A DNA stretch of 64,000 nt from Nemertoderma westbladi (taxonomy: Eukaryota; Animalia; Xenacoelomorpha): the NCBI GenBank assembly GCA_032718475.1, contig JAUCBJ010000896.1, positions 1-64,000 on the forward strand, in the 5' to 3' direction. Below are positions 1 to 13,000 of this stretch, piece by piece. Position 1 is the first letter of the stretch. Every line of letters starts with the position of its first letter. The position numbers were made by a program, and so were the translations under genes. The notes beneath the pieces are model-generated. The model was not told the origin of the DNA. It did no database searches and saw only the letters and a list, made by a program, of their open reading frames with translations.

Positions 1-29
1 AACGATATACTCTACCTTTACAAGCGTTT

Positions 30-1253
30 GTGGATAGCTTGATACGCGGTGAAGCTGATCCGACTATTACGGAGGACGATGGTCGTTATATCGAACCGCC
101 GATGTCCCAGGAACAACTTACGCGCGAAGCGGACTATAGAAAATTCAGCGCTCGCTATACGAATCGTAATGGTACGTATATGGACTTCTTAACTACCGGT
201 CATCCTACCGATTTACATGATACCGATGATGTAGAAACCGAAAGAGAAATGGTTTTATTCCAATATCATACTCAGAGGAATCGTAATGATAAACCGAGAA
301 TAGATCACGAAAATTCTATTCGTAACAGACTGGGAAGACGAACCAATATGTCTGGAATCTGAAGAGATTCAGCCTATCGCGCTCGGAACAACGACAACGA
401 TTACATCCTAGAATGGTATCAAGGTCCACAGTGTCTCACTGCGTACGATTATCGCCATGCCAACTATGTTTCTCGGCAACGTTGTCGGTTATGCGCATCG
501 AGAGACCATGTTACGCCCATGGACACAAACGTCCGCTGTTCCTATTTCCACGAACAACCGGCGATGGAAATTTATTGCGCGTATTGCAGATTTAATAATT
601 TGCATATTTTTGCGGTTTGCCCTCAATTTATGACTCAATGTCACCACTGTCAACTAAAGGGACACGCCAGTTTCGATTGCCCTTTTTAATCGCGATTTGG
701 AAAGCGTAGATGAAATGATCACACTACGTTACATTAGAGCTTGGGAAGCGAACGCTGATTTACATCGTGATTCGCGCCATCGCTATTATCCTGGACGCGC
801 TTACGAAGGAATTTATGCGTTCCATCCTTATCTATTCGCTTCTGTCGAACAGAAATCACGCATATCGAGTTACAGGAAGTATATCGACGGCCTTACGAGT
901 ACCAAGCCCGCGAACGCGAGTTGGAAAGAACCATTAAACCAAGGAAGTTTCTAACTGCCTATGGTCCACCCACGGCCCTCGTTCAGACCACTCGTAAAGG
1001 ACCCGTAAGAGCGGCTGTCTTGAAACGAGCTCTCAAAGCCGTTAGACCCCTCTCCCCGGACGTTGATGTCAATCAACCCAGTACTTCGACCGGCGGATAT
1101 ACCGATCGCAATCCCATACCTTCTGATGCAATCATATTGCACCCTTCACCCAGGAGTTATAGCCCTCCTCGTAAAGTGGCTCGCCCCAAAGAGAAAAGGA
1201 CTCTTGCTAGCTTCAAAAAACTGCGTAAACGCCGTCCGCGCAAGAAAGACTAA
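30..1253 (+). pseudogene. Decayed LTR-element accessory ORF with three CCHC-type zinc knuckles and a basic C-terminal tail (5' part outside window)
   Basis: Frame of ORF 30-362 continues past TGA 360-362 to CRLC..H..C, YCAYCRFNNLHIFAVC, FMTQCHHCQLKGHASFDC. After a frameshift near 686 it reads WEANADLH...RAYEGIYAFHP; a second shift gives KKLRKRRPRKKD. Aligns by eye with ORF 49669-50868. Confidence 0.8.
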
Positions 1254-1331
1254 CTGTTTAGAGTATTTTTATATTTTAGAAACTGTGATTTTGTATATTT
1301 TATAGACTTAAATCCCATTTTCTGGGAGCGG

Positions 1332-2566
1332 TGTAAAAGCTTTTGTGGGATAACTGATACGTTTGCCTTTGCTGGCCAGTTCCCCCCCAGGCGCTGGAAT
1401 ACTCTAAAAAGGTTTTCTGACTGTATATATATTCCCCTCGCCCGCAAGGTACCTTTACAGGTGTTTTAACGGACATAAAAATAATTCTGCTATATACGTG
1501 TTTTAGTGGACATGGTAAGGCAAAAAACCTGCAATGCACCAACTACCTTTCACAGCTTAGCCGTGATAATTCATATTACGACATCTAGCAGCTGGTTGCT
1601 GACATGGAAACAGCCATTAGATGCAAGGTTCTTTGTTTGGCTTGAGCCAATCAGAGCGATTTTTCCTGTCGACGTGTAGCTTTTAGTCGATCATAAGGAG
1701 AGTGTTCAGTCTTACTGTTTTTTCTTGATACTTTGTTGTTATTGCTGTCTAAGCCAGAAACACCGGCCTTTTAGTAAGAACTATAGTAAACTGCTTGAAT
1801 TATCGAAAGTATAAACTGTTACCTAATCTAACTAACTACCGATCAATTTAATCAATCTTAACTGCATTAATCATATTGCTTGTACTGTTATTTTACCGTC
1901 AGTTATTAATTGTACCTATTTGTTGATGGAAATATTGCTATTTGGATAATACGGATAAATCACCCAATTCCCAATTTTCTTGATAACACTACAGGTTAGA
2001 GAGACCGGCTATACATAACAATTGCGATTTATATTAATGTGGTGTGTATTGAATCCAATGTTATTTAGCAGACCCTACGTGAGTCAATTACTGCTCTCTT
2101 TATGTGTGATCAAATGTACTGACTGTCGGCAGAATAGTGTGTATGATCGTGATTGGTAACAAAGTATTTCCTAAAGAATACGCTTTATACTTTAATCATA
2201 AGCAGTATCGTTGCGTTTTAGTATAAGTCTTAGTTCTGTTTAAATAGATAAAGCGCCACGTCCTAAAGGAACTGTTAATATTTCCCGAAAGCCAATAATA
2301 TCTGTCAGAGATTAATTATTAACGATCTATCGAATAATACATTAGGTATACACTGCAACCTTACACTGTAATAATACAATTCAAGCATCCGAATTCAGTC
2401 TCCCGGGTGTAGATCCATCGGGTGAATGATCGCGCATGGGCTGACTTCGGCTAATGTTTTGCGTATTAGCATAAATTATTGTCGTATGCTAAAGTGGTTT
2501 TAATTAACTAAAAGACATATAAATTTTGGCAGGTTAAACTGCTAAAGGTCTTCAAAAGCGCGAACA
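1332..2566 (+). mobile_element. Probable 3' LTR of a BEL/Pao-like element (right end approximate)
   Basis: GGGAGCGG at 1324-1331 is followed by TG; GGAGCGG also precedes the LTRs at 26456 and 48881 on the minus strand. End placed at ...GTCTTCAAAAGCGCGAACA by weak similarity to the other LTR end. No second copy in the window. Confidence 0.55.
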
Positions 2567-2633
2567 AATACTATTTTGTTTATTATGTATGTGTGTGTGT
2601 TTAGCTGGTTTTTGGTGTAGTTAGTTTGATAAA

Positions 2634-2689
2634 CATGTGTCCCGCATGGGTTAGTGTAGCTGATGAGCCAAATCCCGGCGAAACACATG
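2634..2689 (+). ncRNA. Type III hammerhead ribozyme
   Basis: CATGT-GTC (cut after 2641)-CCGCAT GGGTTA GTGTAG-CTGATGA-GCC AAATCCC GGC-GAAA-CACATG. Intact core, stem III CATGTGT/ACACATG, stem II GCC/GGC, stem I with one C-A mismatch. Confidence 0.7.
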
Positions 2690-4656
2690 CAAAAATGTAA
2701 CCAATGTGATAATTTTACTTACAGTATTTAAACAGGGTTGCGCTTTGTGTCCCTGCTTAAATAAAACGATGGCTACTGTACTTACGGTTGAACAGATAGG
2801 AACATGTTGTTTCTCTGTTTCCAAATAATTTTACTTGCTTGATATTGGTCTGTCAAAAACATAATTCGTTCAACTCAAAATTATATTTAAGAGACCGGAT
2901 CATGCTGAACATGGTTGTATAAATTGCCTTCCTATTATTTTATTTTTATTATATATACACATATATAATATACACATATATAATATATATATAGTGGGAT
3001 GTTATAAACGTCTGCCACAACATTTAAAAAATGTCCATGGTTTCAGTATTCAAAACTTAGAATCGGCTGATTGAAATAAACGATACGCCTACTGACGGAC
3101 AAACCGACAGTAAAACGGACAGACAGCCATATCTCCAGAAGTAAGACAGACCTTGCTAAACGTATTTTGAATTTTGGAATCTTGATAAAATCTGCTCTAG
3201 ATGAAATATAAAAAATTTAATTAGCGCTAACCACCCCCCCCCCCCCCTCCCCCCCCCCCTAAGTAAAAACCGTAGCGGCAGGCATGCAAGGACCGATTGC
3301 AATGACAATCACTAGTCCATTGTTCAGGTTGTGTAATATAATAACATAGGCATGTTGTTATATTAATTATCATTCAGTTATTTGTACCCCCTGGAGCACA
3401 AAAAAAAACAAGTGGGACCGGTAGTGGAAATATGATAATGAACAATCACCACAAAATCAAATTGTATTTATGACCATGAGTTTTTGGGATGCTGATCACG
3501 AACATGGCACTGAAAAATGTCCTACCTTGTTGATAACGGCTTTTTTAGATACGTGTCAATGTGCGGCACGAAAAATACAAGTCGGACAAATTTGAAAAAA
3601 TTAAAAATCATTTCCAAATCAACATTATTATTACTTTGGATTTACGGAGATTCTGATCACGAATAAGACACTCAAAAATATTGTATTATCCAACCAAATT
3701 TGATTTTTCCCGTTTGAAATTTCAACTGGCTTGTTTTTTTCGTCCCACCAAACAAATACCAAAAATTACAGTTGCGTTACCACGAATGATTTTTAACGAG
3801 ATGAATCTGGTATGCAATTCAATGAAACCAAAACAAAATTTATTGTAATTAGTGGGAGTGAATCCGACAGGGTAGAGTTCCGTATTGATGGAATCGCGAT
3901 ATTAAACTGCGACAAATATATTTACCTAGGATCGTTGTTTACACAAGATGAAAAATCTCGACTGTATTGAAACTGCATTCTAAATTCTGTTAGCCGAATT
4001 CGAGTTCGGCTAACAAGTTTGCTATTTTTTGTTCTCGTAATACAACTATGCCTTTTTACTTAAAACTACAAGTTTTTGAAGCCGCTGTACTTATTGCCTC
4101 TATTTTATATGCGTCCGAAGGTTGCCTCTCAAATAATACACGTGTAATACTAAAGGTTTATAGTCGTATGGTTAGGTCATTGTTATCAGTGCGAGTTCAG
4201 ACACCTATAGATATTTGTCTAATCGAATCGGGTATTAAACCATTGAATTACGAGAAAGGCATTTCCTAAAGGAAATGCAACCACGAAGCTAAGGAAAATT
4301 AAACAAACGGCCACAATTTGGTTCGTTGCTTAGCCTAGTTTAGTAGCATTTGCCAATAAATAACTTCTATTCCCATGGAAACTAGAGTTCTCTGGAACTG
4401 TTGCTTTCACCTTTGAAAAAAAATTCAGTACAGATTGTGGTTCAGATAACACATATACTGAGTTTCAGAAAATATTGTAGTTTATGTCCAAATTACCGAT
4501 TTTCTATCAAAATGCATCTGTTTGCATTGGTTGTCATGGAAACTGAAAAATAGAACAATGTAATTCGGATGCAGAATAAGTCATATAGTGGGGGTAGGGG
4601 TTAGTTCCAAGTCATAATACGATTAACTTGTGCTTCAAGTTATCATTTTATAAATT

Positions 4657-5828
4657 TTAATTAAATAAATTGGAGATGAGCTGTTGCAACTGTAATTAAA
4701 GGTGTAATATTATGGGTTTGTTCAGAAGTGGAAAAAATTAGAGCGCGTCACCGGGGGTTGAACCAGCGCTATACGTACGTTTCGGCCTAACAGGCCTCAT
4801 CAGTAGCGCTAACCAGCTCAGCCACTAGCCCCTGACACTCACAGTCCCACCTAATCCACTTCTATTGAACGGGCAGTCTTAAATTGCATATATTCTATCT
4901 CTAACAGTGGACCTACCGGCCTCAAGTATGCTAGAGTGAAACAGGAGGGAAGTACAAATAAATAAATATTCAGCTCGAGTATTGCTGCCAGGTGATATTA
5001 ATTAAATAAATTGGAGATGAGCTGTTGCAACTGTAATTAAAGGTGTAATATTATGGGTTTGTTCAGAAGTGGAAAAATGAGAAAGCGCGTCATCGGGGGT
5101 TGAACCAGCGTTATACGCACGTTTCGGCCTAACAGGCCTCATCAGTAGCGCTAACCAGCTCAGCCACTAGCCCCTGACACTCACAGTCCCACCTAATCCA
5201 CTTCTATTGAACGGGCAGTCTTAAGTTGCATAAATTCTATCTCTAACAGTGGACCTACCGGCCTCAAGTATGCTAGAGTGAAACAGGAGGGAAGTACAAA
5301 TAAATAAATATTCAGCTCGAGTATTGCTGACAGGTGATATTAATTAAATAAATTGGAGATGAGCTGTTGCAACTGTAATTAAGGGTGTAATATTATGGGT
5401 TTGTTCAGAAGTGGAAAAAATGAGAGCGCGTCACCGGGGGTTGAACCAGCGCTATACGTACGTTTCGGCCTAACAGGCCTCATCAGTAGCGCTAACCAGC
5501 TCAGCCACTAGCCCCTGACACTCACAGTCCCACCTAATCCACTTCTATTGAACGGGCAGTCTTAAGTTGCATAAATTATATCTCTAACAGTGGACCTACC
5601 GGCCTCAAGTATGCTAGAGTGAAACAGGAGGGAAGTACAAATAAATAAATATTCAGCTCGAGTATTGCTGCCAGGTGATATTAATTAAATAAATTGGAGA
5701 TGAGCTGTTGCAACTGTAATTAAGGGTGTAATATTATGGGTTTGTTCAGAAGTGGAAAAAATGAGAGCGCGTCACGGGGGTTGAACCAGCGCTATACGTA
5801 CGTTTCAGCCTAAAAGGCCTCATCAGTA
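4657..5828 (-). repeat. Tandem array (~3.5 x 340-342 bp) of hammerhead-ribozyme repeats (retrozyme/Sm-alpha-like), replacing the middle of a Helitron copy
   Basis: Near-identical units; hammerheads start at 4765, 5107, 5448 and 5788 (last truncated). Confidence 0.9.
4765..4810 (-). ncRNA. Type I hammerhead ribozyme (exemplar; further copies 5107-5152, 5448-5493, 8982-9027, 9324-9369, 9665-9710)
   Basis: Minus strand AGCGCTA-CTGATGA-GGCC TGTTA GGCC-GAAA-CGTAC-GTA-TAGCGCT: canonical core, short palindromic stem III (ACGTACGT), GUA cleavage triplet. Confidence 0.9.
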
Positions 5829-8800
5829 AGTGATGCAGAATAAGTTATATAGTGGGGGTAGGGATTGGTCCCAAGTCATAACACCTTGCCCGTAGGCCTC
5901 AAATTAACATTTTATAAATTTTAACATCTGTTTATCCCGGTTGCCAAGGTAACTGGATTTTATATTTAGCCTCAATCGGATCTGCTATGGACCTTATAGT
6001 TGTGTTGCAAAACCCCAAGTTTATATCTATTATAGTTTTCCTACAAATAGAGTTATAAATATTGACTTGAAATACATAGACTTTTTTTGAAGTCCGTTGC
6101 CATGGAAACCAGATTTTTCCTGGATATGAGACCCGGCCCAAAAGATGCGCCTCGCCGAGTAGTATATACATGCAAAATTTCAGGGTACTTTTAAAGGCTA
6201 GTTTTTTCCGGAATCAAAAAAAAACAAATCTGCCCCATACAAGTAAAATAGCCCACTATGAATACACCATCTCAGCTAAGGAAAATCTTTCTTAGCGAAA
6301 GTAGTTGATTTTCCTTAACAAGAAAGGCATTTCCTAAAGGAAATGCAACCACGAAGCTAAGGAAAATTAAACAAACCGCCACAATTAGTTTGTTGCTTAG
6401 CCTAGTTTAGTAGCATTTGACAATAATTAACTTCTATTCCCATGGAAACTAGAGTTCTGTGGAACTGTTGTTTTAACCTTTGAAAAAAGATTCAGTACAG
6501 ATTGTGGTTCAGATAACACATATACAAAGTTTCAGAAAATATTGTAGTTTATGTCCAAATTACCGATTTTCTATCAAAATGCATCTGTTTGTAGTGGTTG
6601 TCATGGAAACTGAAAAATAGAACAATGTAATTCGGATGCAGAATAAGTCATATAGTGGGGGTAGGTGTTGGTCCCAAGTCTTAATAGTATTAACTTGTGC
6701 TTCAAATTATCATTTTATAAATTTTAACATCTGTTTAGTCTTGTTGCTATGGTGACTGGAATTTCTAATTAACCTCGAACGGCTTGGATATGAACCTTAT
6801 AGTTGAGTTGAGAAACCCCAAGTTTATATCTATTGCGGTTTTTCTACAAATAGAGTTATGAATATAGACTTGAATGATATAATCTGTAATAAACTCCAGT
6901 TACCACGGTAACTAGATATTTCTGGAATGATTTGAGTTTCACTAAAAGTTCCAACTAGTGGTCCAGATAACACATACCCAGTTTTGTAAAATTTTATCGT
7001 GAAGTCTATGTCCAAATGAATAAGTTTTGAATAAAAACATCTGTTTTCAGCGGTTGTCATGGTAACTGAAAAATAGAACAATGTAATTCGGATGCAGAAT
7101 AAGTTATATAGTGGGGGTAGGGGTTGGCCCCAAGTCATAACACCTTGCCCTTAGGCCTCAAATTAACATTTTATAAATTTTAACATCTGTTTATCCCGGT
7201 TGCCAAGGTAACTGGATTTTCTATTTAGCTTCAATCGGATCTGCTATGGACCTTATAGTTGTGTTGCGAAACCCCAAGTTTATATCTATTATAGTTTTCC
7301 TACAAATAGAGTTATAAATATTGACTTGAAATACATAGACTTTTTTTGAAGTCCGTTGCCATGGAAACCAGATTTTTCCTGCATATGAGACCCGGCCCAA
7401 AAGATGCGCCTCGTCGAGTAGTATATACATGCAAAATTTCAGGGTACTTTTAAAGGCTAGTTTTTTCACCGGTCAAAAAAAACCAAATCTGCCTCACACA
7501 AGTAAAATAGCCCACTATGAATAGACCATCTCAGCTAAGGAAAATCTTTCTTAGCGAAAGTAGTTGATTTTCCTTAGCTTCGTGGACTTCGTGGATCGTA
7601 TTACTGTAGCACGGAAGAAATTTATATCGAAGATGCTTAAAAACCATGATAGTGAACTTCCCTTTTGTAAAGTACTAGAAAGGCATTTCCTAAAGGAAAT
7701 GCAACCACGAAGCTAAGGAAAATTAAACAAACGGCCACAATTTGGTTCGTTGCTTAGCCTAGTTTAGTAGCATTTGCCAATAAATAACTTCTATTCCCAT
7801 GGAAACTAGAGTTCTCTGGAACTGTTGGTTTTACCTTTGAAAAAAGATTCAGTCCAGATTGTTTTTCAGATAACACATCGAGTTTCAGAAAATATTGTAG
7901 TTTATGTCCAAATTACAGATTTTCTATCAAAATGCATCTGTTTGCAGTGGTTGTCATGGAAACTGAAAAATAGAACAATGTAATTCGGATGCAGAATAAG
8001 TCATATAGTGGGGGTAGGTGTTGGTCCCAAGTCATAATACTATTAAATTGTGCTTCAAATTATCATTTTATTAATTTTAACATCTGTTTACTCTTGTTGC
8101 TATGGTAAATGGATTTTCTAATTAACTTCGAACGGCTTGTATATGGACCTTATAGATGAGTTACAAAACCCCAAGTTTATATATATTACAGTTTTGCTAG
8201 AAATAGAGTTATCAATATAGACTTGAATGATATAGAGTTTAATAAACTACAGTTACCATGGTAACTAAATTTCTGGAATGATTTAAGTTTCACTAAAAGT
8301 TCCAACTAGTGGTGCAGATAACACATACCCAGTTTTGTAAAATTTTATCGCGAAGTCTATGTCCAAATGAATAATTTTTGTATAAAAACATCTGTTTTCG
8401 GCTGTTGTCATGGTAACTGAAAAATAGAACAATGTAATTCGGATGCAGAATAAGTTATATAGTGGGGGTAGGGGTTGGTCTCAAGTCATAACACCTTGCC
8501 CTTAGGCCTCAAATTATCATTTTATAAATTTTAACATCTGTTTATCCCGGTTGCCAACGTAACTGGATTTTCTATTTAGCCTCAATCGGATCTGCTATGG
8601 ACCTTATAGTTGTGTTGCAAAACCCCAAGTTTAAATCTATTATAGTTTTCCTACAAATAGAGTTATAAATATTGACTTGAAATACATAGACTTTTTTTGA
8701 AGTCCGTTGCCATGGAAACCAGATTTTTCCTGGATATGAGACCCGGCCCAAAAGATGCGCCTCGCCGAGTAGTATATACATGCAAAATTTCAGGGTACTT

Positions 8801-8904
8801 TTAAAGGCTAGTTTTTTCGCCTATCAAAAAACCCCAAATCTGCCTCACACAAGTAAAATAGCCCACTATGAATAGACCATCTCAGCTAAGGAAACTGTAA
8901 TTGT

Positions 8905-10045
8905 AACTGTAATTAAAGGTGTAATATTATGGGTTTGTTCAGAAGTGGAAAAAATTAGAGCGCGTCACCGGGGGTTGAACCAGCGCTATACGTACGTTTC
9001 GGCCTAACAGGCCTCATCAGTAGCGCTAACCAGCTCAGCCACTAGCCCCTGACACTCACAGTCCCACCTAATCCACTTCTATTGAACGGGCAGTCTTAAA
9101 TTGCATATATTCTATCTCTAACAGTGGACCTACCGGCCTCAAGTATGCTAGAGTGAAACAGGAGGGAAGTACAAATAAATAAATATTCAGCTCGAGTATT
9201 GCTGACAGGTGATATTAATTAAATAAATTGGAGATGAGCTGTTGCAACTGTAATTAAAGGTGTAATATTATGGGTTTGTTCAGAAGTGGAAAAATGAGAA
9301 AGCGCGTCATCGGGGGTTGAACCAGCGTTATACGCACGTTTCGGCCTAACAGGCCTCATCAGTAGCGCTAACCAGCTCAGCCACTAGCCCCTGACACTCA
9401 CAGTCCCACCTAATCCACTTCTATTGAACGGGCAGTCTTAAGTTGCATAAATTCTATCTCTAACAGTGGACCTACCGGCCTCAAGTATGCTAGAGTGAAA
9501 CAGGAGGGAAGTACAAATAAATAAATATTCAGCTCGAGTATTGCTGACAGGTGATATTAATTAAATAAATTGGAGATGAGCTGTTGCAACTGTAATTAAG
9601 GGTGTAATATTATGGGTTTGTTCAGAAGTGGAAAAAATGAGAGCGCGTCACCGGGGGTTGAACCAGCGCTATACGTACGTTTCGGCCTAACAGGCCTCAT
9701 CAGTAGCGCTAACCAGCTCAGCCACTAGCCCCTGACACTCACAGTCCCACCTAATCCACTTCTATTGAACGGGCAGTCTTAAGTTGCATAAATTATATCT
9801 CTAACAGTGGACCTACCGGCCTCAAGTATGCTAGAGTGAAACAGGAGGGAAGTACAAATAAATAAATATTCAGCTCGAGTATTGCTGACAGGTGATATTA
9901 ATTAAATAAATTGGAGATGAGCTGTTGCAACTGTAATTAAGGGTGTAATATTATGGGTTTGTTCAGAAGTGGAAAAAATGAGAGCGCGTCACGGGGGTTG
10001 AACCAGCGCTATACGTACGTTTCAGCCTAAAAGGCCTCATCAGTA
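8905..10045 (-). repeat. Second hammerhead-repeat array (duplicate)
   Basis: Copy of 4688-5828. Confidence 0.9.
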
Positions 10046-13000
10046 AGTGATGCAGAATAAGTTATATAGTGGGGGTAGGGATTGGTCCCAAGTCATAACA
10101 CCTTGCCCGTAGGCCTCAAATTAACATTTTATAAATTTTAACATCTGTTTATCCCGGTTGCCAAGGTAACTGGATTTTATATTTAGCCTCAATCGGATCT
10201 GCTATGGACCTTATAGTTGTGTTGCAAAACCCCAAGTTTATATCTATTATAGTTTTCCTACAAATAGAGTTATAAATATTGACTTGAAATACATAGACTT
10301 TTTTTGAAGTCCGTTGCCATGGAAACCAGATTTTTCCTGGATATGAGACCCGGCCCAAAAGATGCGCCTCGCCGAGTAGTATATACATGCAAAATTTCAG
10401 GGTACTTTTAAAGGCTAGTTTTTTCCGGAATCAAAAAAAAACAAATCTGCCCCATACAAGTAAAATAGCCCACTATGAATACACCATCTCAGCTAAGGAA
10501 AATCTTTCTTAGCGAAAGTAGTTGATTTTCCTTAACAAGAAAGGCATTTCCTAAAGGAAATGCAACCACGAAGCTAAGGAAAATTAAACAAACCGCCACA
10601 ATTAGTTTGTTGCTTAGCCTAGTTTAGTAGCATTTGACAATAATTAACTTCTATTCCCATGGAAACTAGAGTTCTGTGGAACTGTTGTTTTAACCTTTGA
10701 AAAAAGATTCAGTACAGATTGTGGTTCAGATAACACATATACAAAGTTTCAGAAAATATTGTAGTTTATGTCCAAATTACCGATTTTCTATCAAAATGCA
10801 TCTGTTTGTAGTGGTTGTCATGGAAACTGAAAAATAGAACAATGTAATTCGGATGCAGAATAAGTCATATAGTGGGGGTAGGTGTTGGTCCCAAGTCTTA
10901 ATAGTATTAACTTGTGCTTCAAATTATCATTTTATAAATTTTAACATCTGTTTAGTCTTGTTGCTATGGTGACTGGAATTTCTAATTAACCTCGAACGGC
11001 TTGGATATGAACCTTATAGTTGAGTTGAGAAACCCCAAGTTTATATCTATTGCGGTTTTTCTACAAATAGAGTTATGAATATAGACTTGAATGATATAAT
11101 CTGTAATAAACTCCAGTTACCACGGTAACTAGATATTTCTGGAATGATTTGAGTTTCACTAAAAGTTCCAACTAGTGGTCCAGATAACACATACCCAGTT
11201 TTGTAAAATTTTATCGTGAAGTCTATGTCCAAATGAATAAGTTTTGAATAAAAACATCTGTTTTCAGCGGTTGTCATGGTAACTGAAAAATAGAACAATG
11301 TAATTCGGATGCAGAATAAGTTATATAGTGGGGGTAGGGGTTGGCCCCAAGTCATAACACCTTGCCCTTAGGCCTCAAATTAACATTTTATAAATTTTAA
11401 CATCTGTTTATCCCGGTTGCCAAGGTAACTGGATTTTCTATTTAGCTTCAATCGGATCTGCTATGGACCTTATAGTTGTGTTGCGAAACCCCAAGTTTAT
11501 ATCTATTATAGTTTTCCTACAAATAGAGTTATAAATATTGACTTGAAATACATAGACTTTTTTTGAAGTCCGTTGCCATGGAAACCAGATTTTTCCTGCA
11601 TATGAGACCCGGCCCAAAAGATGCGCCTCGTCGAGTAGTATATACATGCAAAATTTCAGGGTACTTTTAAAGGCTAGTTTTTTCACCGGTCAAAAAAAAC
11701 CAAATCTGCCTCACACAAGTAAAATAGCCCACTATGAATAGACCATCTCAGCTAAGGAAAATCTTTCTTAGCGAAAGTAGTTGATTTTCCTTAGCTTCGT
11801 GGACTTCGTGGATCGTATTACTGTAGCACGGAAGAAATTTATATCGAAGATGCTTAAAAACCATGATAGTGAACTTCCCTTTTGTAAAGTACTAGAAAGG
11901 CATTTCCTAAAGGAAATGCAACCACGAAGCTAAGGAAAATTAAACAAACGGCCACAATTTGGTTCGTTGCTTAGCCTAGTTTAGTAGCATTTGCCAATAA
12001 ATAACTTCTATTCCCATGGAAACTAGAGTTCTCTGGAACTGTTGGTTTTACCTTTGAAAAAAGATTCAGTCCAGATTGTTTTTCAGATAACACATCGAGT
12101 TTCAGAAAATATTGTAGTTTATGTCCAAATTACAGATTTTCTATCAAAATGCATCTGTTTGCAGTGGTTGTCATGGAAACTGAAAAATAGAACAATGTAA
12201 TTCGGATGCAGAATAAGTCATATAGTGGGGGTAGGTGTTGGTCCCAAGTCATAATACTATTAAATTGTGCTTCAAATTATCATTTTATTAATTTTAACAT
12301 CTGTTTACTCTTGTTGCTATGGTAAATGGATTTTCTAATTAACTTCGAACGGCTTGTATATGGACCTTATAGATGAGTTACAAAACCCCAAGTTTATATA
12401 TATTACAGTTTTGCTAGAAATAGAGTTATCAATATAGACTTGAATGATATAGAGTTTAATAAACTACAGTTACCATGGTAACTAAATTTCTGGAATGATT
12501 TAAGTTTCACTAAAAGTTCCAACTAGTGGTGCAGATAACACATACCCAGTTTTGTAAAATTTTATCGCGAAGTCTATGTCCAAATGAATAATTTTTGTAT
12601 AAAAACATCTGTTTTCGGCTGTTGTCATGGTAACTGAAAAATAGAACAATGTAATTCGGATGCAGAATAAGTTATATAGTGGGGGTAGGGGTTGGTCTCA
12701 AGTCATAACACCTTGCCCTTAGGCCTCAAATTATCATTTTATAAATTTTAACATCTGTTTATCCCGGTTGCCAACGTAACTGGATTTTCTATTTAGCCTC
12801 AATCGGATCTGCTATGGACCTTATAGTTGTGTTGCGAAACCCCAAGTTTAAATCTATTATAGTTTTCCTACAAATAGAGTTATAAATATTGACTTGAAAT
12901 ACATAGACTTTTTTTGAAGTCCGTTGCCATGGAAACCAGATTTTTCCTGGATATGAGACCCGGCCCAAAAGATGCGCCTCGCCGAGTAGTATATACATGC

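Noticed and set aside
2990-3780. Possible MITE/Helentron fragments (GACA-like repeats, poly-C, internal repeats)
   Set aside because: Termini could not be defined from this window.
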